The translations under genes were made by a program, and so were the position numbers. The notes below the pieces were generated by a model. That model was given only the letters and a program-made list of their open reading frames with translations, searched no databases and was not told the DNA's origin. 64,000 nt of DNA from Amoebophrya sp. A120 (taxonomy: Eukaryota > Protista > Dinoflagellata): NCBI GenBank assembly GCA_905178155.1, contig CAJINV010000003.1, forward strand, positions 6,753,612 to 6,817,611, written 5' to 3'. Positions 1 through 13,852 of the stretch are shown in pieces; the first letter of the stretch is position 1, and each line of letters opens with the position of its first letter.

Positions 1-1378
1 TGCCAACTCTGCGGAATCCAAAACCGGGTCAGACGTCGTATCGTCGTCGGGATCTACCGCGAGGTCCTCTCCGGACTTCCCACGAGATTTCTGCATTTGC
101 TTCTCGCTCCTACTCCTAATGGCTCACAGAGGAAAAGGTGAAGCGGCGAGTTGGATGCTGGCATCATACTGCCTGGTTTCTACGGCCTTCGACACTTGTT
201 TCATAGAAAGCTGCGGCTTGTAGGTTTTCCGCTCTGACAAGCACCACCAATACTGGCCAGCATCCGTCGCTCGTACTACCCATCCTTGCAAGACCGGTGT
301 GAAATCGAGGCGCAAATCGGGCGTCATAACATCCCCGTTTGGCAATGGCGAACGAGAAAACTCAAATAACTATAACAATAGTGTCATATTAAAAGAAAAT
401 TATCTTTCTTTGTTGGTATCTTACTCCCATGTCAATATCCAACAGGAGCAAGAACAAAAATTGTTGAAAAGAAGGCAATCGGTAAAGAAAAGTTTTCGCT
501 CATCAGCTTTTCGTTTCGCTGTTGGAAGCACGAAATTACAGGCTAAAAAAGAGATGAAATGAATCTACTTACTTCCAGTCGACATGGAGATTCATTGTCA
601 CGCTATCACTCAACAAAACCAAGGATAGGGATCGATAAGGAAGCGAAATTCTTGGAGCAATAATTTGTCCACTACAGGAAAGAACTAGAACTTGTGATGG
701 ATATTGTGCAATGCTGAGCACGATGATGATGAGGATGATTCGTGTAGGTATATGCGATTGATGTATTTCCACCCGAAGCAACACTGCTGGATCGTTTCCA
801 CCTCTTACTTCAAGATATCAGTACCTTCATAGTGAATAGGCAGTTGCACCACGGTTTCGGTGGCAATACAAGGAAGAAGCACAACATGATAAATCGTCGA
901 AAAATTTGGTACGATTAGGATACGAACTCGAACAATTTTCCGGTAGGACTGCTGCATCGACAGGGATCAATGCTGTCGGGAGGGATCGACAAAGTATATT
1001 TTTCGATCCATGTCTTTGTCTATCCACGTAGTGGTGGTCATGTTCATTTCCTGGTTGCTCTTTTGCTCCTCCACGGTCTGGGACGGAAATTCGATAATAT
1101 GGAACGTCCAGGGCTCGTTCCTCCACTGTAAATAGGTCCTCTAGTACTGAAGCGTGTCGCTTTCTTGTTCATCTTCTATACCAGTTGTACCTGCTACTGT
1201 AGTACGTGTGACCAGGCGACTGCGTCGCGTAACTCGTTTACGATTCTCCTTCCCTTAAATGGCTTACGTGGTCCACCAAGCCGACACGACGCGTGGTCAT
1301 CATTTCCTTATAGAACTACATCATGTAGTCGAGGTCGACGTCGAGCTGAAGTGGAGAGTACTAGAACCTCCCCAGGAC

Positions 1379-4200
1379 CTACGGGGTCGCTACGACCAGC
1401 GCACGGCCGGGGGGCAGCAGGGTAACCGCGATTTTTTTGTGCACGAAGATTGGCTGCGTAAGGAGCTTCTCCGTGAGAGCCTCAGCTGAGATCTGCTGCT
1501 GCTCCTGCGTTTCTCCCTTGAACTTGACCGTGATGGTCATGTACTCCATGCCCGCTTCATAGTCGTCCGGCTTGCCCTTGGTGTCTTCCACCAGCGGGCA
1601 AGTGTTCACGTCCCAGGCCGGATCCTCAAACTGCCCCGCATACTCGGTGAACAGCTCCTCCAACTTGCACTGTTGCTTGAGCGCCTCGGGCGCGTCCAAG
1701 TTTGTGCTCGCGAGGTCTTGCCCAACCAGGTGAATCTTCAGACGCCACGTGCTGGTATTGAGGCCGCCCGCCTCCTCGCCCCCGCCGGTCTTCGTGTGGT
1801 CACCATCCGCACCCTCTTGGTGGGTGTGCTGCGCTATGTAGCTCTGGTTCATCTCCCCCGTCAAACTGTACTGCTGCTGCACGCTCGCAGCTTCGAACGC
1901 CTGTTTATTGTTGAAGATCATCAACGTCGGTCTCGGTTGTATTAGGTATTGTTCTATATATACACATAGACATAGGGCGGTGGGCTTCACCTTTTGCTTC
2001 TGTAGGTGAGAGTGACATATCAATCACGATTGAGATCTTCCTGAGAGGGTAGGTCCACTTCATCTTTCTCGACTGCTTTGCATTTCATGCCGACAGCAGA
2101 GGCAGGTGAAAGCGAAGGTACTTTCATCCTTTTCACATAATTGCTCATATTCCGCGAGCAAGCATTATACGCACGTGCAAGTGGATCCAACACCTATAAA
2201 ACTTGAAATTCTCTCTTAAATGCTCTTTACCGTTTCCGAATAGGATTTTTTGGTTGTGGCTGATAGTGTCGTGAGCTTGGCCTTCAATCCCTGCAAGAGC
2301 GCGTTGAACTTCAGCTTGTGCTCTTCGCTGATATTGGGTTCATTAAGACGGCGCAGCACTTGCTGCATTCGCTCGGTAACGTGCTGAATCAGAAGCTTCT
2401 TCTTGTCCTCGAGGCTCTGTTTTTGTTGCCGCTTTGCTGCCAGCTCCTCACTCTCCAAGGTTTGGTTCTCGAATCGCACATCCTCTGCGGCAGATTGACT
2501 GGTGCGGGCGTCACCTGAGGTTCCATGATGTATTGTTTTCACTGTATAAAAATTTCTGCTTTTGCTTTTCTCGTATCGTCGCGCAGCAGGAGCCAAATAG
2601 AAAATTCCGTACTCAACCACATGCTGTTTTTCGTAGGAAATCTGTCTTTCTCTACTCTGCGTGTAATTCTACATACATTTGATCTTGATGTCGTAAAAGA
2701 TATATTTATAAATCCTTTCACTGACGTCGACGTGAGAAAACCTACCATAGAACAGTCAACCATGAGATCAGAAACTTACACTTACCTCTCGGGTTGTTCG
2801 AAGCCGAACTGCCGCCGCCTTTCGTGCCCTCTTGCGTTTCGTTGTCACCCCTGTTATGAGGCCCTCCGCTACGTCCCCCCTTTCCTCGTCCTTTGTTTTT
2901 GTGATTTTGGTAGTAGAAACGCACGTGGATGTTGCGGTCGCCGGCGAAGTGCCCCTGTCGCTGGATGAGCGACAAACACTCCTGCGCTCGAGAGACGGAA
3001 TGAAAACTGATGGCCATTGCGGTTTGGTTGCTCATCGCCCGCATGTGCTTCACGTCTGCGAACCCCATCTCCGCCAACACCGGAGAGATCGCGACCAGCG
3101 ATCTCAGGTGCGCCGGCAAGTTTTGCAACATTATCGTATCTGTTCAGAAAGATTTTTGCACGAGTAACATCAATCAAGTTTTAGCACAACGGCAGCAGGA
3201 TCATGGTCCTGCCGGCGGCACAAAGCCGATGAAGAGGATACTTTGATGTGCGCAAGCAATTTCTGTAGAAGAAGTTGAAGTCAATGTCCTTATCTTCTAA
3301 GTACTACATCGATGTCTTCTTGAATATACACGAGAAGAGCGATGAGCGACGACCTATACGACGCAAAAACGACAAACAGTAGCACGGCTGTATATAATCA
3401 TCATATGTACAACTACCGGTATCGTTGTTGCCCCCTTGTCCTGCTGCTCCGTTCTGCGGAACGTTTCCACCTCCATGTTGCACACCGTAGTTTGTCGGGG
3501 CCCCGCGGGTGTTCGTGGCGTCCGCTAGGTACTGCGGGACGGTGCCCGGGGGGTGCCACACTCCATGCACCTGCACCCCCGGCTGGACCACGTGCTTCCT
3601 TTCGACGAGCACGACTTTCGGGTTCGATTTGCCCCCGCGCCCACTGTTGCTGCCGTCGCGGTCCCGCGAGGTCCTTTTGTAGGTCCGGTCTATGGTCCAC
3701 GCGTCGCGCACGCCTTGGCGCCGCTGCTCGTGTTCCTCTTCCTCTTCGGACTTAGTGTCCTGGTCCTGGTCGGGATCGTGTCGCTTGGCCTTGGTCGCTT
3801 TCATCGTGCTGCAGTTTTTACATTTTTCAGTGTCTATCACGACCATCAGCGGAAGGTAGAACCGTGACGCATGATGTTTTCTGGCAGGATACGAACTCGA
3901 CAAGACAAAGGAAAATTCGTGTTTACATTTCCGGATTGGAAGACTGGTCAAAAGCGAAATCTATAAATGTTTGTACTCTTGTTTTTCCTCTTCTTGTGAG
4001 CTTTCTGTATACTTCCTTCTGCGCTTCTTTTCTTTCTTCTTTGCTTGCTCGTCAGCAGCCGGGGCCGCGGGTGCAGCCTCATCCTCATCCTCCGCTTTGT
4101 TGTAATTTGGAAGGAACGTGGCTGCGTCAGCGGGTTTGACCTGAGCAGGAAAGATCGGTTAGCCAAGGTCGGTGCGCTTCGATTAGCAACTTGCAATTAT
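1379..4200 (-). CDS. Multi-exon RRM-containing RNA-binding protein (RBM26/27-like layout); 5' end uncertain
   Basis: GT-AG introns 3140-3416 and 2515-2785 join ORFs 3304..3951, 2742..3131 and 2216..2620 in frame. RRM-like segment TIMLQNLPAHLRS...AISFHSVSRAQECL...IHVRFYY, then a coiled coil (KRQQKQSLEDKKKLL), then ORF 1379..2023. The last junction was not resolved. Confidence 0.5.
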
Positions 4201-4321
4201 TTTTGACATACTTGTATAAGACGATGAGAAGTAGTTCAAGTTCGTCTAGCAACCGCTACCTATTAATGACGATAGTGAGTTAGATGAATTTCTTGTTAGA
4301 CATAGCACTCCTGGTTAGTGC

Positions 4322-5160
4322 CTAAAAATAGGATTCCTGGCGGCCAATCATGACATCAAAGAAAGACTTATCGAATACAAAGGAGAGCGTTAGTGGCAGC
4401 TTTTCCGTGAGCCTCTTCATAATTTCCTCCTTTCCCAGGAACGGATTGCCGACATCGACGCCGTTGACACGGTACAGAATGTCGTCCATCTGGATACTAT
4501 CGAATGCAAATATGTCTGCGTGGTCTGGAAGAGTGCCGATGATTGCAGTTGTTATTTTTGCATGGCTCAAAGGCCTGGCATGCAGCGAATAGCATCACAG
4601 GTTCTGCGACAGCTTTACAAAAACGTTCACGTCTAAGAGTCAGGCAAAAAATCAACAGCATGATATTCCCTTTTGTGTCTGTGACAGGCAGATCGGCGAT
4701 AGAATCGTAAGCTTTCACTTTTCCAGACCCAGGCATATTTCCAGTGCATAGATGCCATTGCGATCGAGATCTGAACTTTTCTCAATGTGCAGCACGTGTG
4801 GTGGACAGGATTTTGAGACGAAACCTTTTTTTGGAAATTTTGCTGATCTAGTACGTGAAGTTGTAGGCAGAGAATGCTTCTTATTGTGTTTGTGCAAGGG
4901 AAGAACGACAACAAGCCACCCCGATGGATGATGGCGAGCGATAATGGTAAAGGCCGCAGTTCTTGCAAGATTGACCACAAAGCTCCAGTTTGTGTGTTGG
5001 CGTCATAAAAACTGATTCTTTCTAGTAGAAGAGCCATGCATTAAATACTGCACATTTAACACTTACCGAGGGCGCATCCGGCGATCACGACGATTTCTGC
5101 ATCAACTTCCTCGAAGACCGGCTTCTCGTGGATCGTGACATCGAGTGGGACCGGTGCCAT
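4322..5160 (-). CDS. Small PDZ-domain protein (~112 aa), 3 exons
   Basis: Exons 5160-5067, 4824-4751 and 4492-4322 total 339 nt. Product GCALGFVSKSCPPHVLHIEKSSDLDRNGIQMDDILYRVNGVDV...LPLTLSF fits the PDZ pattern (LGF; G-I-x-x-D-x-I-x-x-VNG). Intron 1 is GT-AG; intron 2 is the element at 4498-4750. Confidence 0.75.
4498..4750. mobile_element. Introner-like TIR element, family A
   Basis: Left end TATCGAATGCAAATATGTCTGCGTGGTCTGGAA; right end (revcomp) TATGCACTGGAAATATGCCTGGGTCTGGAA. Flanks gatac/gatgc. Removal restores the PDZ frame. Confidence 0.9.
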
Positions 5161-6705
5161 TTTGCACGGAAGGCAACGGTATTTGTAGCGCGTAGAAGAC
5201 CAAAAAGAAATAAAATCAACACCTTGCGGCTGCGATCGTGCGGTTCTTCTTTATGGTACGTGATAAAAAGTGACGTACAATAAGAATTGTTGCTTTCTTT
5301 TCACTTCTTTGCTTATTACTGCTACTACCTGTGGTCTGCGGGAGAGAAGCCGACTTGTTATATTGTTTTCCTTCTAACTCAAATTGTCGCTATTCTTATC
5401 GCGGAAAATATTCACTATCGCCAATATTGTTGTCCTGTGTCAGTCTGTCTTCTGCGTCGCCTTCGCGAGCCATCAACAGAATTGATGTTGTTTAAAAAGT
5501 TCGTAGTACATCAGATGAATGGAACTTATTTCTACAAATTTGATGTAGGTTTCTGTCAGGAGGCGCTTGATTGGATCCTGCTTGATACGGTAGGCATTGT
5601 ATTCGTACATGATTTTTCATTTTCGATGGTAAATGGAGGCAGCACGACGTGATCGCGTAGATTTGACAACAAGAGGGCACCGTCCAAAAAACTTTTTTAC
5701 CCCGTTTCGCATTTAGATCAAGATGTCATTTCGGATCTCCAAGTATATGCTCGTTCAGACTGGGATTGCGGCAGCAGGTACTACTTTACTTTCATGAGCT
5801 CTACCATCATAACTGCGCAGACATGTATCATTCTTTTCATTTCTCATCTATCATCGATCTGGAATCCCGAAAAAATGGGATTTAGCAAGAGGTGCACACA
5901 TACGTTGATTGCAGTTTTTTTCGTCCTGGAGTTTTGGCGAACAGGGCAACAAGCAAGTCTTCTTCGTTTGTTCGTGCGTACCCATTTGTTGCGGATGCTT
6001 GAGTTTGAGTACTTAAGCAGGACGAGCTATGGCTACATGGGACAATACGAATGCATCTCGGTTCAAACTTACTGATGCGCGAATCGAGAAAACAAGAAGC
6101 TGCTCAGGAGGTTCATGTGTCAGGTGATATAGCTCTTGTGATCACGTCGACATCGTCCATCGTGAAGAAGTAGACTCAGGCTCCTATACAATATTTTTGC
6201 TTCTGTCTGTCTCCATTGATGCCGCGATCGGACTGCAATGTGGAGAGGGAGAACCCTAGCCAAGACGATGCTGATCTTTCTCGGCCCGTTTTCCTCGTTG
6301 CGTCCGGTAAACATCCTGCGCGAAGTAGCGGCCACGATTCCTATGCATGTCGATTCTCGCCGAAGCGACGGGGTCGACTTGTTGTTGTTGGGAGGATGAA
6401 TGGCAGCAATAGCGAGGTCGCTAGCGCGGTCAGGCCGACATGAGGTGTCAACGTGTGGCGCGACTGGGCAGCGGAGAGCTCTTGGAACGGATAGATGTCG
6501 TAGAAGAGCTCGCAGATGTGAATATCATTGTTGCCGGATCGTGTCTCAAGCCTGTTGTAAAGCGATTCATGCTTTTGGTTTTGATATTCTTTTTCATTCT
6601 CATATAGTTAGAAGAATGATGCTCACGTCGTCTCGTCCCGGTGGCGTTTCCAAGCCTAGATCTGTATCGGCATATTAAAGTGGTCCCGACAACGTCGACA
6701 TCGAT

Positions 6706-7920
6706 TTAAGTACTATATTTTTTTCGACTGATCGGTAGACTTAAAATCAAAAAATCAACAGGAACAGAGTGGTACACGTGGTATTGCCCCGTGCAGTATT
6801 CCCATTGGGTCTCTGGGTCGACACCGGCCATGCCGAATTCTTTTATGCTGCAGCAGCGCTGTCTCGCGGGCGCGCCGTAGTACCACAGACAGGCACAGAA
6901 GTCGCAAGCGGCGTATTCCTTCGTAAACTCGCGGGGGAAGTTGCTCCCGGCATTGCAACCCGCATCAACTGCGGCGGTAGCATTGGTCGCCTTTGGCAGC
7001 GTGACCCGAAATCCGTTGAAAGGTCCCTTCCGCTGCCGGGGACTATCAGGATTGTAATTGCAGCAGAGGTGCCTCGAAACTTCATAATTGGGCGGGGGCT
7101 GCAGGTACCCAACCATGGTCGCCGTTTCCGTGTTGGTGGTTGCGTTACCGCTTGTTAGTTTCCTTTCCTCGAGCTCTACGTCGCTTTGAAGCCTACCAAT
7201 CCCATCTTCAAAAGTTTTTGCTCCTCCTGCTCCAGCATTTTTGCTGGGTTTCGGTTCTGTACTATCATTAGATTCATCATTTCGTGCTTGACCCAGTCTT
7301 CGTCTGCCTGTTTCCACTGCAGTCGTGGTCTGAAGGGAAGACGCCTGTGATTGTCCTCTTGCAAGTTGTCCCCAAATCTGTGCCTGCTGCTCCTCCTGCT
7401 GCACATGATCTTTCTTGTTCATGTCCGGTGAGGCTGCAGCCATCGCCGCGAGCGTGGCGTCAGCGCACCCGAATAAATGTTGGCGCGTTTGCTCGATGAA
7501 AATGACCAACCAAACCCAGACTAGAACATTATATCGGTTTCTCCACGACGCTGGACCAATTTGATGTTTCGGACAAGCCAAGAAAGGGCTTTGCTTCATC
7601 TTCCGGCATTGTCGTCCGCAGAAGCTCATTGTCTCGACATCTTCCGAGCAGACCGGAAGCGAGAGGGTGCTCCGCAACGTCATGAAGATCAGCCTGAGGG
7701 TGCTGCTCATGATCTTTGCAACAACGAGGCAGGTCGATCTTAAAGAACCGACGGAGGAAACACAACCAGAAACGCCATTTCTGCATTTAATAGGCCTGAT
7801 CGGGGCTGGCGCTGGGCCAGTGGCTGCGCGAAAGCACAATCGCAATGCACCGATGAAGTTTACATGATGAAGTTGAAAATTGAAAACGAAAAGGGTGCCA
7901 GTCCTGTTTTCTCTACGCAT
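6706..7920 (-). CDS. Hypothetical protein (true start probably internal; may have more exons)
   Basis: 404-aa ORF on the same strand as all other genes, with a Cys-rich C-terminal part (ACDFCACLWYY..RCC). No family recognised. Confidence 0.4.
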   Translation of the reverse strand: MRRENRTGTLFVFNFQLHHVNFIGALRLCFRAATGPAPAPIRPIKCRNGVSGCVSSVGSLRSTCLVVAKIMSSTLRLIFMTLRSTLSLPVCSEDVETMSFCGRQCRKMKQSPFLACPKHQIGPASWRNRYNVLVWVWLVIFIEQTRQHLFGCADATLAAMAAASPDMNKKDHVQQEEQQAQIWGQLARGQSQASSLQTTTAVETGRRRLGQARNDESNDSTEPKPSKNAGAGGAKTFEDGIGRLQSDVELEERKLTSGNATTNTETATMVGYLQPPPNYEVSRHLCCNYNPDSPRQRKGPFNGFRVTLPKATNATAAVDAGCNAGSNFPREFTKEYAACDFCACLWYYGAPARQRCCSIKEFGMAGVDPETQWEYCTGQYHVYHSVPVDFLILSLPISRKKYST

Positions 7921-9606
7921 TCGTCTTGATAAGTGTAAGGCATTGCGAAGGAAAAATCCAAGTCATTTTATCTAAAGGTAGTACTTTTGTTGACGAAGGG
8001 AAGGTACTACTTCGTATTCCAATGAGCGTCTTTTATGGAAGAACGCTGATACTATGGCCAACAGGGACGAGGAGCTGCTGGAGCACACGGAATGTTGATT
8101 TTTTCACGGAATAGCGTGCAATGGAAATTGCAAATATCTTAACTCCAACACGTATGCTATGCCCATTTTAAGAACAAAACAGGTGCCATATTCAACAGAC
8201 ATTTCCTCGCTTTCGTCTGTAGAACAGACTACACTCTTGCGGTGCCTTTCGCTCTTTGCCTCTCCTTTACACGTGCATCGTACGCAGTGGAATGAACACG
8301 TCAAAGCCACGGCGTAGCCAGGGTTCTGCGGATCCTCCTCCTGAGTCAGTTTCACGCTGCTCGTGTTATTATCGTCATATGCATCTACGTTGAAGTTGAT
8401 GCTTGCTAATATGATTATCGTTTTCCATCCTACACACCCTACGGATCGACGTTGCACCTATTGCGTTAGCGCTCGCACTGTCCGGTCAACGTGAAAAAAT
8501 CAGCGCCGAAATCCGAAGACATTCTTCGGAGCAGCACTTCACTAATTTCTTTGTAAACCGTGTTCGACCGATCTATCGAACACGGAACTTGTGACATGAT
8601 TCGAGACAGAATTTATTTCGTGTCGTTGTCGGGGATTATAAACTTTAACAAACATGAGTGTACTACATCTTGAGCGCTACCCGTACAACTGCAATTAGCG
8701 TTTTTCGATCTAATTACGCTAGTTGTAGTTTCTACTTCCAGTCTTCCGGTTGTAGTGGTTGTGAATGTGATGGAAGGGTGGACGCTTCAACATGCAAGTA
8801 AGTTGTAGAACTACAACAGCGTCGAGTTGTTAAGGTTATCTTATAGCTATTGATTGCTCGCCGCCTTTTTCAACGCCTGCTGGATTACAGGTTTTGCAGG
8901 CCAACGATATTTTTGGTACATGTCGCGCTGCGGTACCTCAACCAAGGAAACCGGGGTCCGATCGCTCAGGATTTGTTTGATACTCACTTTGTGTTGTCCC
9001 CAGCACTTCGTTTGCACCTCTGCGTCGGGGTAGACCTCGCGGACAAATCGTGCAGCGGCATCGCGTTCCTGCTCGCCCCCATCTCAGCTGCGTCCATATT
9101 CCACAAGGAAAGCCTTTCGTTCATCGCGCGACATCCTGAAAATCAATATCAAGATTCAAATCGTAATCGCGGCTCCTTCCCCGAAAAATAAACCTGTCGC
9201 TTTGCAGTAGTGTTATGGTTGTAATCTTTGACTTTGTGGGCACGAAGATGGACAAATAGAAGATTGCTGTGTGCATCTGCTACAGTTTATTACTTGTACA
9301 CGACCGAGACATGTGTACGTATCTATCTCGTGGCTCTCTGACCTTGTCAGAGGGTAAAGAGGGGTGCTTATCTCTTGCACTGAACCGGAGTTGCTGGAGC
9401 TTTCGCTTTGATCTTCAACATGAAAAATAAAAGCAAAACCATCGGAGGCGACCACCGAAGAACAAAAAGGAAAAACAATAATATTCAATTTCTAGTCAAG
9501 ACACGGCGGAGTTTCGTGATACATGGTGGATCATAGGAGAGGGAAACACAATACACAAAATACAAAATTGGTGGAAGTGCTGACGATTTTGCTGATTCGA
9601 ATGCGA

Positions 9607-12600
9607 TCACAGATGAACCTGCAGTGCCAGGCCATTGGAAGGTCTCTCTCGTCTACGATTTCCGGAAATACGCTTAATCAAAAATCGCGAAGAACACGAC
9701 AACTTTGAAAGGTAGTGTAGATATTTTCCGTGTGTACGCTCATATGAAAGAATGTTCTCGTTAAAACGCGTCTGTGCCACCTGTACTGGATCGTCTCTCA
9801 CTGTCGCTATTAATTATTCTATCGCTGGGGTTTTTCACCACCTGCCAATGACTGTGTTGGTTTTTCGTGGATAGCCCTTCGTAGCAAACAATTAATTTTA
9901 TTGATGATTTTACTTCAGTGCCGGAATCTTCTTCATCTTCATCTTCGTATTTGTAAGCACCATAATATTTCCGATTTGATATTTTTGAGAGTGGTGCACA
10001 ACTGATCACAGGCGCTATGTAAGAGGAAGCACATCTTTTGGTTTTGTTAGGAAAAGCCCACTGGAAAAGAAGAAATAACGGAATTCGTTGACAATGTCCA
10101 GTAATAGAGAGAGTAGCTCTTCACGTGGAAGACAATCTCTTTGACTGCTGCTTATTCTTCTACTCCCCTCGTTGATAATCTTTGGTGGACCTGCACCGAT
10201 CGGAGAGCTCGCGCCATTCTCTACTTTCTCGCTTTCCACCCCTCTCCTGTGGTTCATCATCACTAGTTTTGGAAGCGCTAAAGGACAGTGGGCCTTCGAG
10301 CCTTCAGTCACAGGAAAACCGGCTGAATTCGCGCGCACCGCTTCCTGCAGATGAATTTTCTGTCCTGAGATTTTGAAAAACTGCGTGATCACCCTGGAAA
10401 CACACTCCAGCATTAGTGCGGCGCGTTCTAGATGACGGGCTGTGATGTCAAACGCGCCTGCAGAGGGCAGAGGAAATCTTCCGATTTCTCTGGTCGCAGA
10501 GGTCGTTGTCCCGGTGCCAGTCTCTCCATTTGCCCCTGTCGACGTCTCGTCCTGTATGAAAGTGCTCAACGCACCCTTCTCCTCATTGGTAAAAATGCAT
10601 GAATAGCATCAGCAGTGTCGGCAAAAAGAAGAATGCATGTAGGACAATAATTTCACACAGGATTCTTGTAGTATCGTTTGCGCTGCCGCTGGCGGAATCC
10701 GTCATGCAAATAGTGCCGAGAGGAAGAGGGAGAGGGAAAGGCTGGACTTGGCTTTTTACATGACAAATCAGGTCGGGGAGCTGCAGGGGGAGTTGTGCAG
10801 TCTCATAGGCTGTAGGACAGACGACAGATGAACTGAACCCGATTGCGAGAGGCGAGAATGCAGATCGCGGTAGAACAAGAAACCTAGACAGGCGACAGCT
10901 TCTGGAGAAAACAGCGCTTCTTGGTGACGGACGGTTGATGTGTGGAGGTGCGGCAGAAGATCACTAAGGTTCAGAAATAGGTCTGTGACGCATGTCAATA
11001 ACCTTGAGTCATGGGCTGCCGAGCGAAGCGCACAGCACACCGTCTGTCGTAGCCAATCTTTATTGCCGTCCGCCGAATGCTGTGCTGTTCCTGTTGCTGT
11101 ATGACTGGTGAGTCTGTGCAGGTTCTGCGATTGTTGTTGACCCCAATTATCCTCGCGAAAGAACAGCATTCGATATGCAAGATGCTCTTCCGAAGCAAAT
11201 AGTGAAAGTGCTGCGACGACCTCCGCGAGAAGCATCGCTCTTGTTGATGTCTTTTTTTGTTTGCAGGTGGCTCCTCCAATCCGTCTTGCTTCCCCAGCAT
11301 CTTCGCCGCGCCTCCTCGTTGGAACCATTCCTGCTGCATGCTTTGGCTTTGCATCGGTGGTGCTGCTTGTGTGGCGGACCGAGGCGGAGTTACTATTTAC
11401 GACACGACCTTCGTAAAAATCACTAACGCAGTCCGAGTCTTCCAGCCTGTCGAAACAATTATCTTCGAGCACGAGAGGGATGGCGTCTCGCATGTGGTCG
11501 ACCCACCCCTGCGCGTGAAGTGCCTCAAGAAGTTCTCTTCTGTGTTGCGACTCCAAAATCGCGCATCGCTTCGTTTCTGGTGCATGATCAACCGCGTAAT
11601 CATCACATGAACAAGCTCCTATGATGGCGTCCCGAGACCCGGGTTCGTGATATGCGTTTTGCGGAGCTACAAGTCTCACACCGAGGGCGTCCACAAGTGC
11701 GTTGAAAAGGCGAAGACCTTGGTATTGCACTGCTTCGCACCGGCAGTATTCCTGCATCCATCGCAGTGTGTGCTGTAAAACCTGTAGCGCGTCTGTCGAC
11801 TCACTCGCTCCGCCAAGGATAGAGGTCTGCTGCTGGTGGTGGCGTCCATCAGCGTGTTCTGCATCTTCTATGTAGCTTCCACGCATTCCGCTCTTCAAAC
11901 GTTTTCCGCAAGACATGCGAATAAAACGGGTCGGCTATTACAGTGAAAAACGCTCCCACCCCGAAAGTTGCAATAATTTGTGATGGGAAGAAGTTTCAAA
12001 ATGAAAACTTTTTGTCTTGCATGAAAGCACTATGAATCTTTGTGATGCAGAGTCTAGTCGTATACAGCATCGCTTGCATGACAAGCGCCGCTCTTGCTGG
12101 GATCTTTTGCAATGCAAATTTTTGCTATTCACGATTGAAAATCTGTGATGCTGATACACGCAAGAGGGCGAGTGTTTCAATTGGAAATAAGGTTTGCAAC
12201 GCAAATGCTCCCAAGTTCTGGGGTGGGGGCATCTTTCATTGTACTTAATATCGGCCACGACCAGCCAGAGCAGCGGGGAGGGCCACGAAGATCATTCTTG
12301 AGTTGCGCGATCATAGTTTGTCCATCCCGACGGCTAGTGTTGAGCGCGTTTGCATTCCTTCTACTGGCGCGTTGCACAAGATCAACATCAGTTCCTTGAC
12401 GTGCAGCTTGGTTTATCCTTGCATTACTTGATGCGTCGACGACCACGCCCTTGTCTTCCAGCTTGCGTTCGTGCGCCACAAGGTTTTGACTGCACTTCGA
12501 AGAACTGTCGCGACTGCGGAGGAGAAGCGGCGGCATGGACGAATTCTCGTCATGATCGTCATCTTCATTCTGCTGAGGGGAAAGCCCATCTTTTTGCACA

Positions 12601-13852
12601 GCAGGACCAGGCGCCAGTGGTGCGGCTGTGTCCGACTGATGCCTAGTTGACGAGGAGCCGTCTTCGACGTTGCCAAAACTCTTCAGATGGCCCGCAGCCT
12701 GATGAAGTGACTTTTTAGTGTGGTCGCCACCTGCATCAGCAGCAGGCTGGCGCTCCTCATCTACGGAATGACTCAGCAGCGAGCCACTGTTTCGGGCTGT
12801 GGAAGTTGTACATGGAAAGCATGTTCTTGCCGCAGCGACGACCTCCGTAGTAACACTGGAGAGGGCCAGAGCTACCAGCCACGCAGCAAGGTCGCCTTGA
12901 CGTCGTATGGAGGGAAAGTGGGTGACCTTAGAGAGTGTTGCTAGTCCCAACGAAAATTGCAGTTTTCCACGCGCATCTGCATGCAAGAAGCACAGCGAAA
13001 GGCCAGCATCCAATTCCAGGCGGCTCCGAGTGACTTTTCTTGGTAGGCGCTTTGCATCACAAAAAAAGCTGCATAGCCAAATCCGCATTTTAATTTTTAC
13101 AAACTAGGAGCTGCAGGAGTCCGGAGAATGACCTGCTTTCCCGCCATACGTCGGACCTCCTCGATGAGAAGGAACAGGAAAGGGATCCCGTACACCCGTG
13201 TGCATTGGAAATATGTCTGGCTCTGGAAAAGCTCAGGATATCTTGCATGCTTCGCTGCATTGCTGCAGAATTTTCAAATTGTATTGCACCGATCAGTCGA
13301 TCAACAATGTAGTAGGCGCCATTTGTTTCGTTCTGCGTAACGCGCGGCACGTCGCATCCGCAGGCAACAGGTACAGGTTCGAGAAACTTGTCATGCCTGA
13401 GTGCACCTGGGAGTGTCTTTTATTTCCATTCGCGATTCGGCATCACAAGTTTTCAGACCGAGACATATTATTTGCAGCCAGCGGATAACCCGGGGAACGA
13501 TGCACAGCAGGTTATCAAGAACATTAGGGTTGTCACCAAGAGCGGTCAGCGTGGTGGCGCAGGCGTAGCCGTCTTTGCCGCAGGCCAGTAGTAATTGCTC
13601 CCAAACGTCGCTAATAGTTCGAGTTCTAGTGATAGCTGTCACGGAATTGTTAGACAATCGGACTGTATCTGTAGCTTCGTCTGAATCTTCCTTCAGTGCG
13701 GCCTTTTCGTCTGGCGGATCGGCCGCAACGTTAACAGCTGCGGGGGGTGCACCGTCGTTCGCACTTGCTGCTTCCGGAACGATACGCGAAAATTTTTTCC
13801 CGACCGGCGGCGGCGCTCCTGGTCTGCAAGTGTCTCCAGGAAAAGCTTCCAT
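9607..13852 (-). CDS. Large multi-exon hypothetical protein (helical/ARM-like segments); ends uncertain
   Basis: ORFs 13391..13852, 12177..13088, 10768..11916, 10015..10569, 9761..10009 and 9607..9801. In-frame joins after removing elements 13199-13487 (IVPRV|YGIPFLFLL) and 11936-12250 (WP|TRFIRMSCG), plus a short GT-AG intron near 10015-10079. Confidence 0.55.
11936..12250. mobile_element. Introner-like TIR element, family B
   Basis: Left end TATTACAGTGAAAAACGCTCCCACCCCGAAAGTTG; right end (revcomp) TATTAAGTACAATGAAAGATGCCCCCACCCCAGAACTTG. Perfect tcggc direct repeats. Removal restores the frame. Confidence 0.9.
13199..13487. mobile_element. Introner-like TIR element, family A (degenerate; left end TG instead of TA)
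   Basis: Left end TGTGCATTGGAAATATGTCTGGCTCTGGAAAAG matches family A. Perfect acccg direct repeats. Removal gives an open frame. Confidence 0.85.

Noticed and set aside
1-1130. Probable further minus-strand gene fragments here and at 5300-6400, 8100-8460 and 24900-25250
   Set aside because: Only short ORFs with no recognisable motif or resolvable exon chain.
12925-13132. gcatcacaaa motif inside a probable GT-AG intron, as a possible relic element
   Set aside because: A single motif without TA termini, TIR or 5-bp duplication.
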